From the NCBI GenBank assembly GCA_024281175.1, contig JAMJTW010000008.1, forward strand, positions 15,341 to 79,340: a stretch of 64,000 nt of DNA. The letters run 5' to 3'. This DNA is from Candidatus Thiovulum imperiosus. Its GTDB lineage: Bacteria; Campylobacterota; Campylobacteria; Campylobacterales; Thiovulaceae. The notes under the pieces are model-generated. The model saw nothing but the letters and a program-made list of their open reading frames with translations, made no database searches and was not told the DNA's origin. The translations under genes and the position numbers were made by a program. Of this stretch, positions 48,164-58,637 are shown one piece after another. Each line of letters starts with the position of its first letter. Positions within the stretch are counted from its first letter, which is position 1.

Positions 48164-50521
48164 ATGAAAGAGATTGTTTCTTGTTCCCACTGTCATCTGG
48201 AATTTTCAGATGATGTGATGATAAAAGATGGTGATTTAAACTTCTGTTGCAAAGGTTGTCAGGGAGTTTATCACTTAATTCACGATAAAGAGTTGGACTC
48301 TTACTATTCAAAAGTTGGAGATACACCTTTAGCTCCACCAAAAGATAATTTGGTAGATAGCTCTATTTTTGACTCTGAAAATTTTCAGAATGAGTATGTG
48401 ACTCAAAAGAGGGGGTTTTCAGAAATCTCTCTTCATATTGAAGGAATTCACTGTTCAGCTTGTGTGTGGTTAAATGAACAGATACTGTATGAAACAGATG
48501 GTATTGTTGAAGCGAATATAAATTTCTCAACAAATCGAGCAAAGATAGTTTTTGATAGTAGTGAGATTTCACTTTCAAAAATAGTAGAGATAATTCGCTC
48601 TATTGGATATGATGCAACACCATACAGAGTTTCAGAACGGGGAGATAAACTGGATAGAGAGAGAAAAGATTACTACATAAGATTGGCTGTTGGTATCTTT
48701 GGAGTTATGAATATTATGTGGATTTCAATAGCTCTCTACTCTGGATATTTCACAGGAATTGAACAGAATATAAAGACAATTTTAAATGTGGCAGAGTGGA
48801 TTTTATCAACTCCAGTTCTCTTCTATTCAGGTTGGATTTTCTTTAGAGGTGCATATTTTGGACTTCGAAACGGTATTGTAAATATGGATATTTTAGTAGC
48901 CTCGGGGGCTTTTCTAACTTATATCTACTCTATTTACATTACAGTTTTTGAACTTGGAGAAGCCTATTTTGACTCTGTGGCGATGATAATTACATTTATT
49001 CTCATTGGGAAATTTTTGGAACTTCTTTCAAAAAGAAGTATTTCAGAGAGTTTGGACCTCATCGGCAAATATCAGCCATCTGAAGTAGAGCTAGTTTCAG
49101 GAAATAGAGTGTCAGTAGAGTCTGTAAGAGTTGGAGAGAGAGTCGTAATTAGAAGTGGTGAAAGAGTTGGTGTTGATGGAAAAATTGTTTCTGGAACTGG
49201 TACAGTAGATGAAGCAACAATTACAGGTGAGTCCACTCCAGTTCTGAAAGTTAGAGCTGATGAGGTTCTTTCTGGAACTCTGCTTATAGATGGATATCTT
49301 GAAATTGAAGTCACCAAAAGTTCCAAAGAGTCTTATATCTCAAAACTTGTAACTCTTCTTGAGGACTCTTTAAATCGAAAACCAGATATTGAGAATTTAG
49401 CAAACAGAATTTCAGGTCTCTTTTCTGTTGTAATTCTCTCTCTCTCTCTTGGAACTTTTCTTGTCTGGAACTACTTTGAAGATTTCCAAACCTCTTTTAT
49501 AGTAGCAGTCTCTGTCCTGATTATTGCTTGTCCTTGTGCTTTAGCTTTAGCTACTCCAATTGCAACTCTCATCGGTCTTAAAAATGGTACAAAAGATGGA
49601 ATTCTCTTTAAGGAGGCTCGATTTCTGGAGCAGATTGCAAAAGCTAATATTTTAGCAGTTGATAAAACTGGAACTATTACAGAGGGAAAACCAAAAGTTG
49701 TCTCTTCAGAACAGTTTAGCTTTTATTCTAAAAATGGTCTCTACTCTCTTCTATCCTCTTCTAAACACCCAATTGCAAATGGTATTTTAGAGACTCTTGG
49801 AACTAAAACAAAAGTGAAATTAGAAGATATAAAAACTTATCCTTCAAAAGGACTTGAAGCAAAAATGGGTGAGAGAAGAATTTTAGGAGGTAGTGGTGAA
49901 TTTCTAATAGAGATGGGATTTGAGCTACCAAGAGAGAGTCAAAAATCTCACTTTTTCTATGCTGAAGACTCAAAAATTGTAGCTCTTTTTGAGCTTGAAG
50001 ATGAAATTAGAGAAGGTGCAGTAGAGAGTTTAAAAAACATTTCCAAAATGGGAGTTGAAATTGTTATGTTGAGTGGAGATAACTCTTATCAAGTTAGTAG
50101 TGTTGCTGAAAAAGTTGGTATCGAGAAATATAGAGCTGGATTAAGACCTGAAGAGAAACTAGAGTGGATTTCACAAAAGCAGAGTGAAGGAAAAGTTGTT
50201 GTTATGGCTGGAGATGGTGTTAATGATATTTTAGCTTTAAGTTCTGCTGATGTTGGAATTGCAATGGGAAATGGTACAGATATCGCAATGGAAGTTGGGG
50301 ATATTGTTCTTCAACAAGATAGTATGAAATCTTTAGAAAAGAGTTTTCTAATTGGTAGAGATACTTACAAACTTATTAAACAGAATTTGGGAATTTCTCT
50401 AATTTATAACTCTATTACAGTTCCAGTTGCAATGGCTGGTTTTGTAATTCCACTTGTTGCAAGTATCTCTATGAGTTTTAGCAGTCTTATTGTTGTTCTA
50501 AATTCTACTATAAGAAAATAG
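48164..50521 (+). CDS. ccoI: Copper-translocating P1B-type ATPase, FixI/CcoI-like
   Basis: N-terminal CSHCHLEF...FCCKGCQGVY Cys-rich domain, HMA motif GIHCSACV, CPC TM motif, DKTGTITEG, GDGVNDILAL. Confidence 0.8.
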   Translation: MKEIVSCSHCHLEFSDDVMIKDGDLNFCCKGCQGVYHLIHDKELDSYYSKVGDTPLAPPKDNLVDSSIFDSENFQNEYVTQKRGFSEISLHIEGIHCSACVWLNEQILYETDGIVEANINFSTNRAKIVFDSSEISLSKIVEIIRSIGYDATPYRVSERGDKLDRERKDYYIRLAVGIFGVMNIMWISIALYSGYFTGIEQNIKTILNVAEWILSTPVLFYSGWIFFRGAYFGLRNGIVNMDILVASGAFLTYIYSIYITVFELGEAYFDSVAMIITFILIGKFLELLSKRSISESLDLIGKYQPSEVELVSGNRVSVESVRVGERVVIRSGERVGVDGKIVSGTGTVDEATITGESTPVLKVRADEVLSGTLLIDGYLEIEVTKSSKESYISKLVTLLEDSLNRKPDIENLANRISGLFSVVILSLSLGTFLVWNYFEDFQTSFIVAVSVLIIACPCALALATPIATLIGLKNGTKDGILFKEARFLEQIAKANILAVDKTGTITEGKPKVVSSEQFSFYSKNGLYSLLSSSKHPIANGILETLGTKTKVKLEDIKTYPSKGLEAKMGERRILGGSGEFLIEMGFELPRESQKSHFFYAEDSKIVALFELEDEIREGAVESLKNISKMGVEIVMLSGDNSYQVSSVAEKVGIEKYRAGLRPEEKLEWISQKQSEGKVVVMAGDGVNDILALSSADVGIAMGNGTDIAMEVGDIVLQQDSMKSLEKSFLIGRDTYKLIKQNLGISLIYNSITVPVAMAGFVIPLVASISMSFSSLIVVLNSTIRK

Positions 50522-50529
50522 AGACAAAA

Positions 50530-50647
50530 GAGAAATCTTGGAAAGTTTTAAGTAATGGAAAAGATTTCTCACCCAAGAGGGTTCAAGATGACGTGTTTAT
50601 CCTCTTTTTTGTCATTTCGAAATGAGCAAAGCGATACAGAAATCTTT
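50530..50647. repeat. Cluster of intergenic repeat modules (same family as 21905-22076)
   Basis: GAGAAATCTTGGAAAG head (50530-50545); AAGATTTCTCACCCAAGAGGGTTCAAGATGAC (50561-50592); GTCATTTCGAAATGAGCAAAGCGATACAGAAATCTTT (50611-50647), which contains the palindrome TCATTTCGAAATGA. Confidence 0.8.
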
Positions 50648-50717
50648 GAATAAGTAGAACTAAGTTATGTGTCTACTTCACCATGTGAGATATTCACAAT
50701 TTAGATAAAATGCTGTC

Positions 50718-51050
50718 ATGAAAATACATCTTGAAAAGTTTCAATTTGAGACAATTATCGGTATCTTAGATTTTGAAAGAGAAGAAAAACAGAAAATCGA
50801 AATAGATATAGTTTTAGAGTATGAATATGTAGAGAATTTTCTAAATTATGCTGAACTACGAGAACTTGTAAAAGAGTTTATTAAAGAGAGGAAATTTGGA
50901 CTTCTTGAAGATGCTCTAATTGAAACAACAGAAGAGATAAAAAGTAAGTTTGAAATATCATATTTAAAATTGAAAATTTCAAAACTGGAAATTTTTGAAG
51001 ATGCCATAGTCTCTCTTGAGATGGAGTGGAAAGATGATAGATATATCTAA
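50718..51050 (+). CDS. folB: Dihydroneopterin aldolase
   Basis: 110 aa; FETIIGILDFEREEKQKIEIDI signature. Confidence 0.7.
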   Translation: MKIHLEKFQFETIIGILDFEREEKQKIEIDIVLEYEYVENFLNYAELRELVKEFIKERKFGLLEDALIETTEEIKSKFEISYLKLKISKLEIFEDAIVSLEMEWKDDRYI

Positions 51051-52539
51051 AAAGAGACTTGTTACTTTTAGTCAGATATCATCTGCACTCTACTCTGTAA
51101 CAAATATAGAGGGTAAAAATCTTTTTGAAGCTCTGCCAAACAAGAAGCTCAAAGGGAAAAATAGTGTTATCTCTTTTATATCAAATTCAGATTTTGTATT
51201 TGATACACTTGAGATAAGCAAAAACATACCTGATAGTGAAATAAAAGAGGCTCTTTTCAATATCATATATGAAGAGTTGGACAACTCTCTTGAGTATCAC
51301 ATTATGTTTGATGAGGTTAAGTTTGAAGATAAAGAGAGTAGAGAGTATAGACAATTTAACATATTTGTTGTCTCTCCAAATATAATTCGATACCTCATCA
51401 GTGCAATTGGAAAGAATGTAAAGTACATCGATAAACTCTATCCTTTACCAATTCTTTTTAAAAGTCTTTACAAATTTTCTGGAGTGAGTGGTAGAAAAGA
51501 GATTTTCATTTACACTTACCGAGATGGAACTTCTATAAATATTTTTGATAATGGTGAGCTTATCTACTCAAAAGGGTTGCAGTTTTCAACTATCTTCTTC
51601 TTTGAGAGATTTAAAGAAGCTCTTGAGAAGAGCATCTCATTCCAAGATTTTAGAGATATAGTTACAAAACCAGAAAAATTTAGAGAAAACATTCTTTTTA
51701 AAAAAGCTTTAACAGTATCACTTCACTCATTTTTTGATGAGGTAGATGATGTTGTCAATTATGTGAAAAGAAGTTACAACATTGAAACAATCGATAATAT
51801 CTACTTCTCTTCTGAAATTGGCAAAATCTTAGGTCTCTCTGAATATTCAAAAGCTCTTATTGGAGAACACTCTTTTGATGGATTTCTTCAAGAGTTCTCT
51901 ATCGGTTTTGATGAAGATTTAGATGAGATACACTATCTACTCTATATCACAAACACTCTTCTTTTAGATGAAAATATCTATCTTGATATTTTACAAGCAC
52001 CACCATCTTTTATAAAAAGACCTAGTGGTAAATTTATTTTAACTTCTGCAAGTGCTGTTCTTCTCTCTACCATCTACCCAATAGTAAACTACTACCAAGA
52101 GTTTCTAACTAGAGGTGATATTGTTAGAAGTTTAGAAAAGAGAACAGAGGTAGAAGATGATTATCATCAACGGAAAAAACTTATTGAGGGACTGCTCAAT
52201 GAGAAGAGTATTACTCAAAAGAGTTTGGTTGAGTTTGAAAAGAGATATGAAAAGAAGGTAGAGTTACTAAAAGTTGTTTTTGATAAAAGAGATAACTACA
52301 ATATGAAAGGTAAGTTCCTAGCATCTTTAACAAGTTCTTTAAATAATCATGAAGTCTATATCTCAAATATAAGATACATTCCTGACGGATACTTTCAACT
52401 TGAACTCATCTCCAATAGTGATGGAAAAATTACACAACTACTAAAAAATCTAATTCAAACTCATAAGATTTCAGCAGACCTTATAGAACTTGATAGAAAT
52501 CGAGGCGTCTACATCTCAAAACTTAAAATAGAAATTTAG
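51034..52539 (+). CDS. Hypothetical bitopic membrane protein, possibly PilM/PilN-like
   Basis: Cytoplasmic region of about 330 aa, a single TM helix FILTSASAVLLSTIYPIVNYY, then a coiled-coil/beta C-terminus. ATG 51034 has a GGAGTGG RBS. Confidence 0.45.
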   Translation: MIDISKKRLVTFSQISSALYSVTNIEGKNLFEALPNKKLKGKNSVISFISNSDFVFDTLEISKNIPDSEIKEALFNIIYEELDNSLEYHIMFDEVKFEDKESREYRQFNIFVVSPNIIRYLISAIGKNVKYIDKLYPLPILFKSLYKFSGVSGRKEIFIYTYRDGTSINIFDNGELIYSKGLQFSTIFFFERFKEALEKSISFQDFRDIVTKPEKFRENILFKKALTVSLHSFFDEVDDVVNYVKRSYNIETIDNIYFSSEIGKILGLSEYSKALIGEHSFDGFLQEFSIGFDEDLDEIHYLLYITNTLLLDENIYLDILQAPPSFIKRPSGKFILTSASAVLLSTIYPIVNYYQEFLTRGDIVRSLEKRTEVEDDYHQRKKLIEGLLNEKSITQKSLVEFEKRYEKKVELLKVVFDKRDNYNMKGKFLASLTSSLNNHEVYISNIRYIPDGYFQLELISNSDGKITQLLKNLIQTHKISADLIELDRNRGVYISKLKIEI

Positions 52540-52630
52540 TACTTTTTACAAAAAGCTATTTGCTAATTTCCGCTTTTTGGGTATATTCTATTATGTTAAA
52601 ATAAAAGATTAAATGAAATTAGAGATTTAG

Positions 52631-54958
<2,328 letters not shown>

Positions 54959-54966
54959 GGAGTTAG

Positions 54967-56082
54967 ATGGAATTTGAAAAGTATCCATTTGAGAAGTTAC
55001 GGGAACTTTTGGAAGGTGTTCAGCCAAATCGAGATTTAGAAGTTATAGATTTAACAATTGGAGAGCCTCAGTTTGAGACTCCCGATTTTATACAGAATTC
55101 TCTAAAGGAGAGTTCAGATCTTTTAAAAAAGTATCCAAAAAGTGGTGGTGAAGAGTATTTAAAAGAGAGTATGATTGGATTTATGAAACGGAGATTTGAA
55201 GTTGAACTTTCAAAAGAGGAGTTAATTCCAACATTTGGAACAAGGGAAGTTCTTTTCAACTTTCCTCAATATCTTCTTTCTGAAGTAGAGAAGCCAAAGA
55301 TAGTTTTTACAAATCCGTTTTATCAAATTTATGAGGGTTCAGCAATAGCGAGTCGTGCTGAAGTTGAGTATATAAATCTGATACCTGAAAATGGTTTTCA
55401 GCCAGAGATAGAAGAGGAGAAATTAGAAGATGCTGATTTAGTAATTTTGAATTTTCCAAATAATCCAACCTCATCAAACTTAAATTTTGAGGGTTTTAAA
55501 AAGTGGATAGAGCTTTCAAGAAGATACAATTTTGTTCTTTTAAATGATGAGTGTTACTCTGAAATATATACTAAAAAACCGCCACTCTCTTTACTGGAAG
55601 TTGCAATAAAACTTGGAGAGAGTTTTGAAAATCTGCTTGTTGTAAACTCTATTTCAAAAAGGTCTTCAGCACCAGGTTTAAGAAGTGGATTTATAGCTGG
55701 AGATAGAGATATCTTAAAAGGGTATATGAGATATCGAACCTATCTCGGAACAGCAATTCCTTTACCACTTCAAATTGCTTCTGCTCAGGCTTGGGGTGAT
55801 GAGGTTCATGCTAAAGAGAATAGAAAAAAGTATGTAGAGAATTTTGAAGTTGCAAACAGAATTTTAGATATCCCAATTCCCGAAGCTACATTCTATATCT
55901 GGTTACCAGTTAAAAATGATTTAGAATTCACAAAGACTCTTTGGATAGAGAGTAGTATAAAAGTCATTCCAGGGCGGTTTCTTGGTAGAGATGGTGTTGG
56001 AAGAAACTTTGTTAGAATAGCTTTAGTAGAGAGTGTAGATAGAGTTGAAATCGCTTTAAGTAGAATTTCGAAATATCTCTAA
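54967..56082 (+). CDS. Class I/II aminotransferase (succinyldiaminopimelate transaminase-like)
   Basis: NFPNNPT and SKRSSAPGLRSGF PLP-lysine motif. Confidence 0.7.
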   Translation: MEFEKYPFEKLRELLEGVQPNRDLEVIDLTIGEPQFETPDFIQNSLKESSDLLKKYPKSGGEEYLKESMIGFMKRRFEVELSKEELIPTFGTREVLFNFPQYLLSEVEKPKIVFTNPFYQIYEGSAIASRAEVEYINLIPENGFQPEIEEEKLEDADLVILNFPNNPTSSNLNFEGFKKWIELSRRYNFVLLNDECYSEIYTKKPPLSLLEVAIKLGESFENLLVVNSISKRSSAPGLRSGFIAGDRDILKGYMRYRTYLGTAIPLPLQIASAQAWGDEVHAKENRKKYVENFEVANRILDIPIPEATFYIWLPVKNDLEFTKTLWIESSIKVIPGRFLGRDGVGRNFVRIALVESVDRVEIALSRISKYL

Positions 56083-56100
56083 AAATCAGGAGTTCCAGAG

Positions 56101-57642
56101 TTGGAAAAAAATGTTTCCCAATATGTTCAAAAACTTTTCGAGATAAGTATAGCTCTCTCAAATGAGAAAAACCTATACACTCTTCTCGATAAAATAGTTC
56201 TTTTGACTAGAAAGTTTACAAATGCTGACGCTGGAACTCTATATATGTTGGAAGAAGATGAGTTACATTTTAAAGTAGTTCAAACAGAGTCCTTGAATGT
56301 ATTTTTGGGTGGAAATGATATTAAAGGGTGGTCTGCAGTAAAACTGAAAAATAGAGATGGTTCAGATAACTTTTCAAATGTTTCTGCGGTATGTGCAATT
56401 AAAAAAGAGATAGTTGTAATAGATGACTGTTATGATGACAAGAATTACGATTTTTCTGGAACTAAGAAGTTTGATGTAGTAAATAGCTATCGAACAAAAT
56501 CGATGATAGTAATTCCTCTAAAAGATTTTGACCAAGATGTTATTGGAGTTTTACAACTTATAAATAAATTAGACGGAAAAGAGATAATTCCTTTCAATAA
56601 ATTTGATAGAGAGAGTTCCGTCGCTTTAGCATCTCAAGCTACTGTATCGATTTTAAATACAAAACTTTTCAACGAAATGAAGCAGTTTCTTGAGAGATTT
56701 ATGGAGTCTATTGGTGAAGCAGTTGATGCAAAATCTCCATATACTGGCGACCATGTCAGAAAAGTTGGACAATTTGCAAAAATGGTTGGAGAAGCGATAG
56801 GTAGAGATGATACAGTTTTTAAAGATGTCGATTTTCCAAGAGATAGAATTCACACTCTTGAAGTTGCCTCTTGGCTACATGATGTTGGGAAACTCACAAT
56901 TCCAGATCATATTATGGATAAAGCTACAAAACTTGAAACTGTTTTTGACAGAATTGAGCTAATTCATGAGAGATTTGAGATAATTCAGAGAGATTTGAAA
57001 ATAGAACTTCTTGAAGAGAAGATTTCAAGAAAAGAGTATTTGGAGAAAATAGAAGAGTTAGATAGAGACTTTCACTTTCTTCGTCAAATAAATTATGGTG
57101 GTGAATTTTTAAGTGATGAGAAGATAGAGAGAGTAAAGAAAATAGCTCAAATAAAATATATTTTTGGTGGTGAAAGAGTTCCACTAATTCGAGATGATGA
57201 GTTGGAAAATCTTACCATCAGAAAGGGAACTCTAACTGAAAAAGAGAGAGAAAAAATTATGAGCCATGCCGAAATGAGTTTCCGAATTTTAGACAGAATT
57301 CCATTTCCGAAAAATCTTCTTAGAGCAAAAAATATCGCTTGTAACCACCATGAGAAATTGAGTGGAAAAGGGTATCCTCGAGGACTTTCTGCTGAAGAAC
57401 TCTCTATTGATGATAGACTTTTAGCAATTGCTGATGTTTTTGAAGCTCTCTCTTCTGCTGATAGACCTTACAAATCTCCTAAAAAACTCTCTGAAATTTT
57501 TAAAATACTCTCTTTTATGGTTAAAGATGGTGATATTGATGGTGATATTGTGAAATTTATTGTTGATAAGAAAGTCTATCTCAAATACGCTCAACAGGAG
57601 ATGTTAAAGGAGCAAATTGATGAACCAAAACTTCTCTTCTAA
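56101..57642 (+). CDS. GAF-domain HD-GYP phosphodiesterase
   Basis: N-terminal GAF-like region; HD motif WLHDVGK; HHEKLSGKGYPRGL (HD-GYP). Confidence 0.8.
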   Translation: MEKNVSQYVQKLFEISIALSNEKNLYTLLDKIVLLTRKFTNADAGTLYMLEEDELHFKVVQTESLNVFLGGNDIKGWSAVKLKNRDGSDNFSNVSAVCAIKKEIVVIDDCYDDKNYDFSGTKKFDVVNSYRTKSMIVIPLKDFDQDVIGVLQLINKLDGKEIIPFNKFDRESSVALASQATVSILNTKLFNEMKQFLERFMESIGEAVDAKSPYTGDHVRKVGQFAKMVGEAIGRDDTVFKDVDFPRDRIHTLEVASWLHDVGKLTIPDHIMDKATKLETVFDRIELIHERFEIIQRDLKIELLEEKISRKEYLEKIEELDRDFHFLRQINYGGEFLSDEKIERVKKIAQIKYIFGGERVPLIRDDELENLTIRKGTLTEKEREKIMSHAEMSFRILDRIPFPKNLLRAKNIACNHHEKLSGKGYPRGLSAEELSIDDRLLAIADVFEALSSADRPYKSPKKLSEIFKILSFMVKDGDIDGDIVKFIVDKKVYLKYAQQEMLKEQIDEPKLLF

Positions 57643-58225
57643 CACAATTTTAGTAACAGATTTCTATCCAGAAATGGAAAAAAAACTAAATTCAGAATCT
57701 CTTTCAAAAAATATCTGGTTTCACTTCGATTCTCTACTTCTCGATGATGTGAAAGAGATAGTTTCTGAAATCTATATTAGTGAAAAGGAGGAGCGAAGAG
57801 TTTTTATTGAGACGAAAAAATTTCCTCCCATTTCTCAAAATGCGATGTTGAAAGTTTTTGAAGAACCTCCTCATGGTGTAAACTTTACTCTTGTTGTTCC
57901 TTCAAAATCTATTCTTCTTCCAACAATTCGTTCCAGAATGGAACTTCACTTTGGAGAGAAGAGAAAAGGTGAAACCTCTTTTCCAGTTCCAAGTTTAGAA
58001 AATTTAAAATTGGAGAATCTCAACACTTTTTTAGAGAGAATCAAAGAGATAAAACCTTTAGATTCCATTCCAATTTTAGAAAAGATTTTAAAAGAGAATT
58101 TGAAATATAGTTTTTCAGAAAATGACTTGGAGCGATTCTCTATCGCTTCTCAACTTTTAAATCTCCACTCAAATCCAAGTAGAGTATTTTTAATGGTGCT
58201 TCTTCCAATTGCAAAAGATATATAA
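57620..58225 (+). CDS. holB: DNA polymerase III delta-prime-like subunit (short form)
   Basis: NAMLKVFEEPPHGVNFTLVVPSKSILLPTIRSRM signature; AAGGAG RBS 7 nt upstream of ATG 57620. Confidence 0.65.
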   Translation: MNQNFSSNTILVTDFYPEMEKKLNSESLSKNIWFHFDSLLLDDVKEIVSEIYISEKEERRVFIETKKFPPISQNAMLKVFEEPPHGVNFTLVVPSKSILLPTIRSRMELHFGEKRKGETSFPVPSLENLKLENLNTFLERIKEIKPLDSIPILEKILKENLKYSFSENDLERFSIASQLLNLHSNPSRVFLMVLLPIAKDI

Positions 58226-58607
58226 ATTTCTAATACCTCTATTTTTTGCTTCTTGTGAAGCACCTTATGTTAGTAGTAAACAGACTATTGCGATGTGCAA
58301 TGTTCAAATAGATAGAAATGCAACTTATAGTGAAATCATATTCTGTCCAGAACTTGCAGGGTTAGAAGTTTTTGCAAATATCTACTCTACAAGTACTTTA
58401 AAACTCACAATTTTAGGTGAAATTCTTGCTGAACCAACCGAGATGACTCCTCAAATTTTGACTATTTCCAACTACACAACAGATACAAATCTCACTTCCT
58501 ATTTTATAACTCCTCTTACAATTGGTGAAACAACTCTTATTATTAGAAGAGGAACTATTGAAAATCCTCAAGATGTTCTCTTAAATATTGGAATTTTCGG
58601 ACAGTAA
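58209..58607 (+). CDS. Small lipoprotein, unknown function
   Basis: Lipobox LFFASC; TTG start overlapping the holB end. Confidence 0.5.
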   Translation: MQKIYKFLIPLFFASCEAPYVSSKQTIAMCNVQIDRNATYSEIIFCPELAGLEVFANIYSTSTLKLTILGEILAEPTEMTPQILTISNYTTDTNLTSYFITPLTIGETTLIIRRGTIENPQDVLLNIGIFGQ

Positions 58608-58637
58608 ATTATATAATCTTATTTAAAGGAAAATCAA

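Noticed and set aside
48014-48196. 60-aa minus-strand ORF in the kinase/ATPase intergenic region
   Set aside because: It overlaps the ATPase start and promoter region, has low-complexity Lys/Asn/Phe composition, and has no RBS.
49435-49448. (TC)7 dinucleotide repeat inside the Cu-ATPase gene, as a possible slipped-strand phase-variation tract
   Set aside because: It encodes LSLSL within a TM segment using the genome's preferred Ser/Leu codons. Seven units is short, and there is no supporting evidence of variation.
50555-50653. 32-codon ORF (MEKISHPRGFKMTCLSSFLSFRNEQSDTEIFE) after the Cu-ATPase, considered as a ccoS candidate
   Set aside because: It is made entirely of the intergenic repeat modules, has no TM helix and no CcoS motif.
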